From: Eutreptiella sp. 'Long Island Sound 2002'
Taxonomy: Eukaryota; Protista; Euglenida
Reading direction: 5' to 3'
Assembly: GCA_964036045.1 (NCBI GenBank)
Contig: OZ038378.1
Span: 20,832,001-20,896,000 of the forward strand
DNA: 64,000 bases
The position numbers and the translations under genes are program-made. Below the pieces are notes generated by a model. It ran no database searches. It was not told where the DNA came from and saw only the letters and a list, made by a program, of their open reading frames with translations. Shown here one piece after another: positions 9,440-21,500 of this stretch (position 1 is its first letter; each line of letters starts with the position of its first letter).

Positions 9440-11210
9440 AGACACAAAGCAAAACACATTCAATCATTCTCAAACTTATCATACACCAAACAATGCATCC
9501 ATCCACATCATCGTCGCAGACTGTGTTGCATTGAAGAATACACCACGGTACTTTGGGGTAGCATTTGTGAGCCCGGAGGTGAAAAAGTCACGCACAGGCC
9601 CTCTTCAGCAACAGCAGATTGACCTATGTAAACAGCATACGATATGCCTGGTTTTGATTTTCAAAGTTCTGGCTAATTTATCGCAATGAGTAACCCATTG
9701 CTTCAATGGCTTGGCAACCTAAGGCTCCAAGCCCCAAACAATACGTGTTGTCCTTATAGACCGGCCATGATTGGTTTTTTTTTCACGGCATATGAACGGA
9801 TGAAAAGCTTTCTTTGGGTATCTTCATACTTTGCGATGTGCATATTTTGCTTCCTTTTTTGCATGTCACCTATCCTACTTTTTACATGTTGCATTTCTTA
9901 ATATCTTTTTCCATCGTAATATTCATTGGTGACAATCTTGAGCCGCTTCAGCTGTGTATTCTGCTTTTTGAGACTGATGCGCCACAGCGGGTCGTTGGTG
10001 GCTATAAGCATTTTACGGCATCGCTGGTAGTTCTCTTTGGCGTTTTATTTTTGGTGATGCTTCAGATCTTATAGTTCAATTGCTGCTCGTGCTCCCCATT
10101 CCAAATTTGAGACATCCAACATTGTCGATACCTTCGGGCGCATTGAGCATCCTCTATGAGCCCGTGAATGTCATGGACAGGGTGCGGCATTGCTTATAAG
10201 CATTTGCAATGCGTTCATCTTGCTCATTGTGCTTGTTTTTCGTTCGGACTTGAAGAATACACCATCAAACCGCATTGGAACTACATGGTTCCAATGAGGG
10301 CGTCGGCAACACGCTCAACCAACTTCCACAGTGTTTGGCAGCACTAGTGGCACTTGATGTCATCTTTATCCTCTTTAGTATCTTGTGTGGTCTTTAAGTT
10401 CAAACATCTTTCAACTGGAACACATGCTTTTAAGTACCTTTTAGACAAGCCACGGGCAATGCATCTACCTTGAAAGCCGGTTCATATACGTTTTTTGTCC
10501 ACAATAGGGCTTGTGCGTGGCACGCATGCCTTTGTTAAGTAAACTCAGTCCCTAAGTTGTTGGCGCGGAGTTAGGTGCTTGTCGTCTTGGGAATATAGAA
10601 TTGCCATACATCTTTGTTTACTTGTTCTATGTCGTGCTTGCCTAGAGAACACATCTATGTGTTTGTGGCTTGAAAAAGTGAGTCACTTTCCTTTGTACAA
10701 TTCATCATACTCTTAAGTGGATTAAAAGTTTGGGCGGACCTACGGCCTCTGTTCATCCTAACGCGGCATCAAGGCCGCCTACCAATGCGGATGCCGTAGG
10801 CAATCAACCGCTTGGTGGCCGTACCGAAGTAGGAACAGCAATTCACCTTTTTTTCGAAGTGTTTTTTGGTTACTTTCTGCCGTTTTGGTGTTGTTGGCGT
10901 GGTTGCATTATGTCTGCCCATGTGCCAACAACAGTGCCCTCCTTGGCCACTACCTCTTGCTTCGGTCTTAGCAAGGTGCGGAAACCCAATCGTTTACGTC
11001 TTTGGCCCATGGTCTTGGCCGTAATCTCAAGATTTGGAAAGTAGCAGTTTGTGTCATGTTGGAATCTATCTTTACTTATGTTCGTCATGCCTTTGTGCAT
11101 GATCCATACCCTTGTCTGATAGACAAGGTATAACCACTGAGTTAAAGCAGTATAATGCCCCATGTCTTCGCTGTGATGAGAGGTACACACCATGTTCATC
11201 ATCGTCAATA
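9440..11210 (-). pseudogene. Decayed ~570-codon basic/helical ORF, possibly Fanzor/TnpB-like
   Basis: Composite translation gives, in order, IATNDP (9993), RLKIVTNEYY (9924), KLFIRSYAVKKK (9810), VLFGAWS (9744), RSICCC (about 9620) and LQCNTVCDDDVDG (9536). Each motif is degenerate and frameshifts are required. Confidence 0.33.
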
Positions 11211-12724
11211 TAAAGCATATGTCCGAGTTCTTTGTCCTATTACATTGATGTATGATGGAGAGATCTGCACCCTGGTTAGCCCTCTAGTTCACCTCCCCCC
11301 CCCCATGGGGGGCTTTTAATTGGGGGGCCGGGGAATGGGGCCCCGCCCCCCTCTAAAAGCAGTCGTTATGCCATTATATACAATCCGCGCGCCGAAACGA
11401 AACATACCTCAAAAGTGTACGATGAAGCCCCTCCAAATGACCGCCTCGGAGAGCTGATTGGCGCCGTCATATTTGTTTTGATGACTCATGGCTGTTTTAC
11501 AAAGTTAGGACCTTTACCAGGTTTTAACTTCTTTACCAGCATCCACTAATTCCATATAAGCTAGGGATGCGATTTAAAGGTGCACTAGCAAAGTTGAGGT
11601 GCCGAACAACACTATCAAGAAGCCACAGGCCCCAAAACGCAAGAAATCTTTTTTGAATGTTCTTAACCGCATCAACTTGTTCTGGGGCTGACGTCCCCCA
11701 ATGGAAGACCTCGTGAGAATATGTACACTACTTGGAGTACAGAATATATCACGGAGGCGGTTCGCCTAGGAAAGCGAAAAAGATGTCTCTGATGGTTTCT
11801 TGGTGTAGACTGATTGGTAGGTTTTGGTGATGAATTGGTTGCACTGAGGCTTGTTGTAAGCAGGGGGCTGGGTTCAGCTCGCACAGAAAAATGCAGGTGC
11901 ACTGGGGAGTGTAGGCTGTGTTTTTCTTTCTGTGTGTTTTTCCATGTTTGTTTCCATGCAGTCAACTGCTGGAGGGGCGGTGGAAAACTTGTGGTTTGCT
12001 TTTGTGTTTCTGGGCCTATTGTGGGGTGTACTGCCCCGGTGGTTAGCCGGGTTTCCTGCCCCTGGGTCGGCCATACTCCACAGCAGCGAAAAGATAGTGG
12101 AAAATTAGAATGCATTGTTACTCAAAAACACCTGCAAGGTGTGGCGTCAGGGGACCTGAGTTCGTGTCAGGAGAGAAACTCATGTGTCTGAGTTGTCATA
12201 AGTTATATAGAGGCTGAAAACGTATTCATGGTGTCATAGCAATCAAAAAGAGGGCAAACCTGAATATTCTTGTGGGCTCCAGGACGTATTTAAAGGGCTG
12301 CCAGCCAAAGGGCAGGGCTCTGGTGTTAAGTCAAAATTCAGATTGAGTTTTAGATCAGAAGTAGATGCAGTGGACAGTCGGCGGTAGTTTAAACACTTCT
12401 TAAGTTGCTTGGTCATCAGTTCTTCAGAGAGAAGGACTGGACATGGTGCAGCGTAAGTGGAGAGCTCGGAAGGATGGTCGATGTGGGCTTTGGAGGCAGT
12501 CCACATTCATGCCTGGCTGCAATGGTGTACTGCAGCGCTGTCAAACTCGGTGGCTGTCATCATGGCCGCTGGCGGATGGAGTTGTTGATCATCAATAAGC
12601 ACTTGGGACAGAGCGACGCATAGGAACGGGCTGCGTTGTTGTTTTCATGTTAGTAGAGGCTGTTGCTACTGGCCGCAGTGGTGTGCTGTAGCACGCGCTT
12701 CGGGGAACGAGTCAATTGTTCATC

Positions 12725-13335
12725 AGGGAGCTCGTCTCGTCACTAACCGGCGGCGGTCGTGGCAGACAGGCTTCGAATATTGGAAAGGCGTTGAACGGAA
12801 GCTCATATTCAGTCACACGGCGCTGGCATGCAGGCCTTGCGAGTCATTTGTTTGTCAGGGAGCTTGCTTTATCGTAATCCGGCGCCGGTTGAGGCAGACA
12901 GGCTTCGAGCATCGGAAGACGATGAACGGAAGCTCATATTGAGTCACACGGCGCTGGCGGGCAGTCCTTCCGGCTCATTTGTTTATCAGGGAACTTGTTT
13001 TATCAAAATCCGGCGGCGGTTGAGGCAGACAGGCTTCGAACATCGGAAGACGGTGAACGGAAGCTCATCTTGAGTCACACGGCGCTGGCGGGCAGTCCTT
13101 GCCAGTCATTTGTTTACCAGGGAACTTGTTTTATCAAAATTCGGCGGCGGTTGAGGCAACAAGCTTCGAACATTGGAAAGACGGTGAACGGAAGCTCATC
13201 TTGAGTCACACGGCGCTGGCGGGCAGGCATTGCGAGTCAACTTATCAGGGAACTCGTTGTATCCAAATCCGGCGGCTGTTGAGACAGACAGGCTTCTGAA
13301 AACATTAAAACGGAGAACGGAAGCTCTTTTTGAGT
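12725..13335. repeat. Tandem array of about 4.6 copies of a ~130-bp unit
   Basis: The anchor (G/A)GCTTC falls at 12769, 12901, 13032, 13162 and 13291 (periods 132, 131, 130, 129). Shared blocks are GAACGGAAGCTCAT, GTCACACGGCGCTGGC and TCAGGGAACT. Confidence 0.92.
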
Positions 13336-16300
13336 CTTTCGGAGTCTTTTGGCACGCAGGCAATGCGGATCTTGATTGATCTCCATGCCGGCACTTGATC
13401 TTTCTCAAAATCAACGGGAGTGCACCCAGTTGAAGCGGTGTTTGTGTAACATAGTTGGGCTGGCTTTCGGTAATCGGCGGTATCCTCAGCTGCAGCAGAA
13501 AGACGGATACGCCGCGTCAAGCGGCCGATAGCTCCTGAAGACGGGCTGGACCCCTCGGGTCATCCGCAAATTCTTTTTTTGCATACTTTGAAAGGATTGG
13601 GTAATTCCGCTTGCCATTGGAAATTATTGTGAGCAACTGGCGTCTTATCACCTGTGCCAAGGGCGAAAAAATCGCGAGCGCGCGCCATTCAAAGGGAAAA
13701 AAAAACACAAGAAATCTATTTGCTATATTATTTATTTGCTGTGCACGCGTGCATTTCGCAGTCGCCGGCATTTGCGATCTTTCATTTTGACTGTCCAAAG
13801 TGAAATCGGGCTACTGTGCAGGAAATATCGATCTAAGACCAATCTTATAAATGATTCTAGAAGCCGCATCTTGCTGTTTAATTGGAAAACCGCCGTCATT
13901 TTGTTTTAGCAGCGCTTTTCGATTTCACGGTTCTCAGCGCACGCAGACGCCTTTTTGGGCTCAAAAATGAAAACAACACTCCCGAGTTGACCAAAATTGC
14001 CTGTAATTTTGTCAAAATCCGATACAATGGGCCCGAGTTAAGAATATGTCAATTGTATGCTATTTGCACCCTGTGTCGCTAATCTTGCCCAATGCACCCT
14101 CCCTGTCCTTGCGCTGCTAGCTTAAACATAAGGCAAAGGAGTGTTTTTGCCTTTGTTTGTCACCGCCCGGCTCCATTTCCGACATGGAAAGGCGACCCGA
14201 AAATGGCTAGAAATGTAATAAGGCTTTTCTTTTGATGGTGCTTCGCACCAGCAAAGGAAAAGCCAGACCAAGGACGAAACACGAAGGATTCATTTAATCC
14301 TACTTTTCCACATCCTCCACAACGTATCATGTATCATTGCTTCATTGAAATTTCCTCAAAATGCTCATCGTTCTTTGTTATAGATACTTGATCATGCACG
14401 TGCATATCGTGCAATCTGACTTCCACGTCCGACACATACCCTTCAGAGGCATCACAGCCCGCACATTGCCCTTCCCCATCTCGTGGAGCCCCCCTCCGCT
14501 TGTTATATCTACAGCTGGCAATGATACATTCTTATTTGCTATGGTACGCGATGTAGAAAAGGGCGGAACTCAACCTTGCAATTTGAATTCTGAGTACATT
14601 AAGGTTTCTATGAAACATTTATTTTCACAACAAATTAGCATTTAATTTGTCTTTATGCAATTGAGGCAGGGGTTGGAATGTTTCTTTGTCAGTACTGTTT
14701 TTTTTTAATGTCGCAGATTATAGAAATTGAATCCCAAAAATGTGCCTGCGAATAGTACAGTGGCGAAATTAAAGTAAATTTTGTCCGCAAAAGCTAGCCA
14801 GAAAAAAATTGCATGGAAATTGAGTAGCACTAAAGCAGAACCAAAATTTGCAAGCTAGCAAAACAAAATGTATTAACTACATAACAGCCCACGTTGCAAA
14901 AGGGCTATTGAATACAGTGTAGATCTAAAACACGCTGACGTAGTAAATAGTATAGCTTGTTATCAATAAATGGATTGTTTTCCAATCAGAGAATGTTCTA
15001 AACCATGTTCGAAAAGATATGACATTTGTTAGCACCATTCTGAATTTAGATGCCCAAAAAATATGTGGTTATCTAAGTTTTGATACGAAATACAGTTTCA
15101 ATACAACCATTTCTGGTTTTTTTTTGTTCAATGCAGTATTCTCCTCTTTTGTACCTGGGCCAAAAAATGTTTTCTGCCCACGAAATCCCAAAATTGGTAG
15201 AGTAAGATTATTGAATATAGGCGATAAACACTGCATTTTTGAGTGCAAATGACTAAATGCATAATGCTTAAAGGGCTAAGCGAATTATGTTTAGCTTTAG
15301 GTCATCATAATGCGGCACACTACGGCGAGATTATGAGTTTCTGTGTTTCTACTTTTTTGACACTATGTAGGCCATTTTCCCCCATTTGCCTACCTATCGG
15401 TTGTTAAAGTGGACGGTGTACAAAGGTTTGGAGCAAACTTTTCCATTGATCTTGATCATGTTGAATTTTTTTCGCATGTTTGTTTCAATATACCAAAGCT
15501 TTTCCATTCATGGTGCTGGGCAAAGCGCAACGGATAAATGGAAACTTTCTTATTTTCCATGGACATGATATGGTGTATTGTGTCTTGATTCAACTTCTCA
15601 AACATGTTCATCACATTTCGTAACATATGAAGAGACATCATGCAAGCTACCTCCATTGCCAAGTCAATAATCTTCATCAATATCAATCTCATCCCACTTT
15701 GCTACTAATCCCACTCATAGCAAGTGACATCTTCATGGTTTACATATTTCACCGACCTAGGATGGAAATGGACCGAGAATGAATTGCCATTCTGCCATTT
15801 TGTGTTGTCACTCGGTGGAATTTTTAGGAAATCGAAATAAATACCGAAAGATTTGGAAAACGTGCAACCACTTGGTACCGACATAGCCGTGGTCATTTAC
15901 CGGATTTTCTTTCAATTATTTTTATTGTCATCTTCCCGCAAATGCTCATTTTCTGCCACAAAAGCTGCAACACATATTCTGTGGATTTTGTACCTTTAGG
16001 TTAGCGAACCTTTTTTACAGATACCTTTCTATTTGCGTAACCTTTCGTTTATTGTACTTTTGTTGCAATTCTTTTCTACCTTTCTTCCACTTTTTAACGG
16101 CACGGATGCGAATTCTCCAAAAACCAAACCTCATGATCGAAACCTTAAAACATGATAAATGGATGAAGCTGTGCAAAAGCACTTGGGAGCAGCAAATGCA
16201 TAAAATGCACTTTCTTCATTTCCTGAACAAACTTGTTAAAATGCGTCCAGCTGCAAAGCTGAATTTTTACAATGCTATTTGGATACTGCAGGCTCAAATT

Positions 16301-17201
16301 GCAACTAAACACATTTTTCAATCGCAGGATTTTATGAACATGTGTAACACTACCACAAAAAAAAAAAGCAATGCATATGTAAACCTGTGAGCCTCAAAGA
16401 TGCGAAATGGCCCTGGTGTGGAATAGCTGCGGGAAGGATCATGCGGCTGCAAAGCTCCACAAATGACCACATGCAACCACATATACCTCCTGTATGTTAA
16501 GCATGTACCAGATTGACCCCACTATGACCTGCAGCAATGTTGATATGTCTTAAAACATCAAAAATTTGAATGCTGAGACAAAAGACACTGCCACTTTTGG
16601 TGAGATCTACACGTCTGTCAGTCAAAACTGAAATTCGGGCACCATATGAAGGCTTCTGAGTACGCTTGCCAAGCTGGAGGTATGTTTTTGTTCTGCACAA
16701 TGCTAAATCGCCTATGATTCCCACACATTGACTTTAGGATCGAAAAAATGGTGCCGACTAACTTTGTTTCTGAGACACACAAAAATGATGCCCACATGTG
16801 TCTGGGTCACTGAAAAGCTCATGGGGCATCAACACACAGCTTCTGCCTGGGCCAACGTGTGCACTTGGAGGTCCTCCTGGCTCTACACCTTGTCTGCATC
16901 CCCCCTGGCCTCAGATGCTGACCCTCAATGCCATTGAAAATCCCAGCACAAAACAGCCAATCAATATGCCGCAGATACTGTGCAATTTTGCCCAATCCCC
17001 CGCTACCCCCTGCTGAGTGCCGTCTTGAGTCACCTATTCGCCTGTGCCACTTCCCTCCACCCTCCCTCATGCCCCTACAGTCTCCTCAGTATCACATCCT
17101 CACTATCATTTATGTTCATATACATACCTGCAATCAGTTTCTCACATGTACATATCATCTTTTGAGGGGGAAGCAGCCCCTTTGAACAAATTGTAGTGAC
17201 G

Positions 17202-17318
<117 letters not shown>

Positions 17319-18194
17319 CTACAGCAGACCTGGCCTTGTTCTCAATGCAGAACTCTTGGGAGTGGACCCACTTTTACTCACACTCCCATCCCCACTCCCA
17401 TTCCCTCAGCTCACCCTCTGCGCCTCTCCGCCTCCTCACAATGCTGGCTTAATCTGTGCTGTTCAACTTGTTCTCATGGATAAGGAAAGATCTACAACTG
17501 TCCCACTTTGTTCCACCCACCTTGGACAACACAAGGCAAAAGAGGGAGGTGATTGTCACTTGATATAATTTGTGTGAATAGGTAAAACAAGAGACAAAAG
17601 TTTGGTGCTCAGATTGCAAAAGTGATTGGCACTCTGATGTGGCTGTGTAGCCAAGCGGCAGGTTTGCAAGCCCTCAGTTCGCCACTAGGCAGACTCGAGA
17701 TGCCGACAGCAGGATTCCAAAACCGTAATGCACAAGGCTCAGCAGCCACACCTTGGGAGCCAGAAATCAGTGTTCAATTGATGCAGGGTAGGGCCTGGTC
17801 AGAGATGGTGCAGGTTTGTGTCGGCTGCATGTGCAAAAACGTGGTACAACATGGGTTAAAATTGAACCCTGCATGCCCCATCTTGGGTTGGACCCCTGTC
17901 AAAGGATTGTAAATGGAGAAGAAATGGGTGTCCGTACAGAGGTCCTATGCGATGTCTTGTCACAAGATCCCGATCATGGTTTGCCAATGTGACGTTACCG
18001 CTGGGCCTGAAGTATCTACAACCCGTTGAAAGCACCCCAGACACTACAACTGAGCCTCTGCGAAGGCACCCATGTGAGTATGCTCTATCCCCTGCTTCGT
18101 GGTTATCGTGCATCCCCAACATTGTACTAATGCCCAATCGACGTGGCTGTGGCTTCCGTCTTTGCACTACCCTGAAGCTAACCCGCTGTCATGG

Positions 18195-18344
18195 CACGTG
18201 GAGCGCAGCTTCAGGGAGGGACTCTCTGAGCAGTTGTACGAAGTTGCCTGTGGGGAAGTCCTTCCCGTCCATGCCGACAGCCTCGTGGTACGCAGCGGAC
18301 AAGCGCCGCCATGACACCAGGCACTGGTAAAGCAGGGCCTGCAC
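18195..18344 (-). CDS. Exon of unidentified host gene
   Basis: Acceptor ttctgtctccacag, then VQALLYQCLVSWRRLSAAYHEAVGMDGKDFPTGNFVQLLRESLPEAALH with GC3-rich codons. The 3' end is uncertain. Confidence 0.7.
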
Positions 18345-20079
18345 CTGTGGAGACAGAAGGTTAAGTTCCAGAGTCAGTCTGGTCGTGGTTCTGACCACTG
18401 AGGGTTGGTTTTTTTGGGGGGCATCGCCACCACTTTACATTTTGGTTGGTCTCTGTCATATTCCTGCAGGGCAAACTAACCCCTACAGAATCCCACTGCT
18501 GCATTAGAATGTGAACTAAGGTGTAGCTACAGCGCCGAAGGAGTTTCAGCCTGCTCAGACTGATACGTGCTCGCTCATGTTCACAACATTGACAACCGAC
18601 TTCGTGTCGAATGTCAACGGGGCACGATGAGAATGGGTGAACATGTCCACTGAGCCATTCGCAACGCCAGCAGCCAGGAAAAACCCCCACCCCGGGGTGG
18701 GGCAGGTCCGTTCTTCCCGAAATCACCCTTTGATCCACCTACCCACCCCTCTGACCCTCGGGGAGGGGGGGTAGGGTGTCCGCAGCACTAAGCAATAGCT
18801 TGGACCCCATGCGCAGGGATGCATGAGACGAGAAAGGGACCTCAGAGGCGGCCCTAGAAGCGGTTAGACAGGCGGTTGGAGGAGGTTGCCAAAGCGGTTG
18901 GGGGCGGTTACTGTCGGTTACAAATGCCATTTAGCCTGGCACTTGCCGTTAGGGACACAGTGGCTGGGCATAGGCTGGGCACCCAGGAGCGGGAGCGGGG
19001 GGGGTTACCTCCCCCCCTTCCAATGCATCCCTGGCATGCGACCCCACAAAGAACATCTTGCCCCTTGTGCAAATAGCTTGCACTAACAGATGTCTACATC
19101 TGCTCTAGCAGCAGTTGCTGCTGCTGACCTCACGTGCAGACGGCAAGCAACATTCAAGTGTCGGGGACTGCTGCAAACAAATCGCACCCCAGACCTCACG
19201 CACGCATCGCAATTGGGATCAGAGTTGAGAGTGCACAGGAGCCATACTTTATCCTGACTGAACTCGGACGCAGAAAGGGCGTTGAACAAAAAGATAATCA
19301 CCCAATTGCATTCCACTTCATTCAAAGACAGCAGTAGGAATTGCTGCACAGAAAAGCACCAGGGTCATCAGAGTCAGAAATCCACGAAGTCACCCCAATG
19401 ATGGACCGTGGCTGTAGGAGTCTGGCGCCAAAACCATTCCACTGGCCTGGGTCTCTTGACGTCAGGGTGTGGGGTGACGCCGTGGGTGACAAGCCCAGGT
19501 TCAGAGTCCATGCCAGGGCGGTCCTTAATGGAAAAAAAAAGTGTTCATTCATACAGTTTTCCCGAAAAAGCCTGCGGGCACACCATGTGTTGGCGGTGGG
19601 CGGTTGGTGGTTGGCGGTTGGCGGTTGGTGACTGGCGGTTGGGGCGGTTGGTGGCGGTTGGTGGTGGTTGGCGGCGGTTGTTGGTTGGGTCCTTCACAAA
19701 AAAAAATCTGGTCGCATAAGGACCCCCATGGTCAATGCGGCACTCCCTTGGACTCACCCGAAAGAGGGGTTTACAGCCCGTCGTGTAGATGCACTGTACG
19801 GCGCCCCAACGACCTCCAATAGAGCCCCCAAGAGCCTCAAACCACGGCAGAGACCCTCCGCCCCCCCAATGCTGTTAGGCTTGTAGACCAGATTGCTCTC
19901 GTCACCGCTCATCACAAAAGCGAACCATTTTGGGGTGTTGGGTGGGGGCATCACAACTTCGCATTTACGGGGGAGGGGGGGCTCCCATGCTAGGCAACCT
20001 TACGGCGCGGGGGGGGGGGGGGGGTGCCATGGCATGGGGGGGGGGATTTTCCATTTGCACAAAATTTTGATTTTGAAAT

Positions 20080-21500
20080 ACCCGGTGTGGAATAAATTCT
20101 TTGACGCGTAATAAAATCCCCGACACGTAATAAAAGCCCCGCCACATTATAATCTGTTTATTTGACTAATTGCTTGTCTCATTAAACGGACCAGGTGTGC
20201 CACATGAACAACTGCGCATCTGTGCACGGTGTCCACAAACTGCGCTGAGCATCTACATGTGTGCACACTGTCTACAGACTGCACCCGAGTACTCGGATGT
20301 GTGCGACCGTTTTTGACAATGGCGCTGCGCATCCCCTCCTGAACACGTGCGTAGACGTTGTGCACATGTGTAGACACCGTGCACAGTTTGTAGACACCGG
20401 GCACAGATGCGGTCACCCAAGAATAGTCTGAAGACACCTTGCATAGGTGGCCTACAACGTGCACATGTTGTAGGCACTGTGTGCATGTTGTAGACGCGAA
20501 GAGACACTATTATGTCTACAGACGATACACAGGTAAAAGGACGTGTGCATCCGTTTCTGACGTGTGCATCTGTTTTTGACCGGGGCACTTCGCACTGCCT
20601 CCTGAATATTGCCTCTTCACGTCTGCAACATGTGCACAGTGTCTACAACATGTGCAAATTCTACACCACCTATGCACAGTGTACAAACTATTCTCGGGTA
20701 AATGCATCATCTATGCATGGTGCCTACAAACTCTGCACCACTTCTACAAACTGTGCACAGTGTCTATGTGTATGCACAATGTCTATAGACGATACCTGGG
20801 TAAACGCAACTTTTTTTTAGGGGGGCCAAACTGCGCAGATTCTAGGGCTTTTGGGTGCTTTTTGGGGTGTTTCTGGGACATGCCTTGGAGATATAGGGCA
20901 CCAAAGGGCTCTTTGAACCGAAGGAATCAAGCCGCACGTGTAGTGTATCAACCCCTTTCCTTCGTTTGGCTGGTTTGACAGGGGTCTAGTGCTGTTTTGG
21001 GCAAAAATGGGCTGTTTTTGGCCCAAAATGGCAAGCATTTGGGAGGGCACCTTCCGGCTTGACGCCTCCACTGGTGAGGTTTTGGCTCAAAATTTGGATT
21101 TGGCAAGGCCACCACCTAGCCTGTCGGATGGCTAGACTAGAGTAGAGCCCGAAATGCCGGGAAAGAGTAATGGCTAAAACGGCAGTTGTTGCTTGTTGCT
21201 TGCTTGCTTGCTTGTTGCGAGCCAGCTTTATGGGGAAAAGGGTGTCGTCATATATAGTGTCGAACAAACGCCGTCTTACGGGTCAGGGCGTGATAATATC
21301 ATGCGTTGGGTATTTTAGTACGTGCTGGGGATTTTATTACACATCGGGGATTTATTGCGCATTGGGGATTTATTATGTGTCAGGGATTTTATTGCGTGTC
21401 GGGGGTTTTACTACGCGTGGGATATTTTATTATGTGTCGGTTTAGGCGTAGTAATATTACGCGTAATAAAGCTATCATGCGTCGGGCGGTGTATTATTAT
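20080..21500. mobile_element. Foldback/MITE-like element with inverted subterminal ~20-bp tandem repeats
   Basis: CGCGTAATAAAATCCCC units at 20103-20141 face about 7 GGGGATTTTATTACGCG units at 21305-21440. The interior has degenerate TGTGCAC/TGTAGAC repeats. Confidence 0.6.

Larger units (their letters stand above)
5340..16400. other. Compositionally distinct island of nested decayed elements
   Basis: Visibly lower GC and almost no microsatellites or G/C homopolymers (one short G/C patch at 11290-11350), unlike the flanks. It carries several stop-riddled minus-strand frames. Confidence 0.65.

Noticed and set aside
11195-11280. NQGADLS and LYIDDD as reverse transcriptase motifs (SLACS/CRE-like element)
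   Set aside because: They are in different frames, only about 21 codons apart, with no supporting upstream RT motifs. A YxDD is expected by chance in an 11-kb region.
11570-11595. TTAAAGGTGCAC as a Kolobok-type terminus
   Set aside because: No correctly oriented complementary end was found in the window.
13560-13620. YPILSKYAK as a hAT dimerisation motif
   Set aside because: Flanking WW and ERxFS motifs are absent.
16420-16570. IFDVLRHINIAAGHSG...FVELC as an integrase zinc-binding domain
   Set aside because: The first His and the CxxC are incomplete and no DDE core follows; it is equally explained as a terminal host exon.
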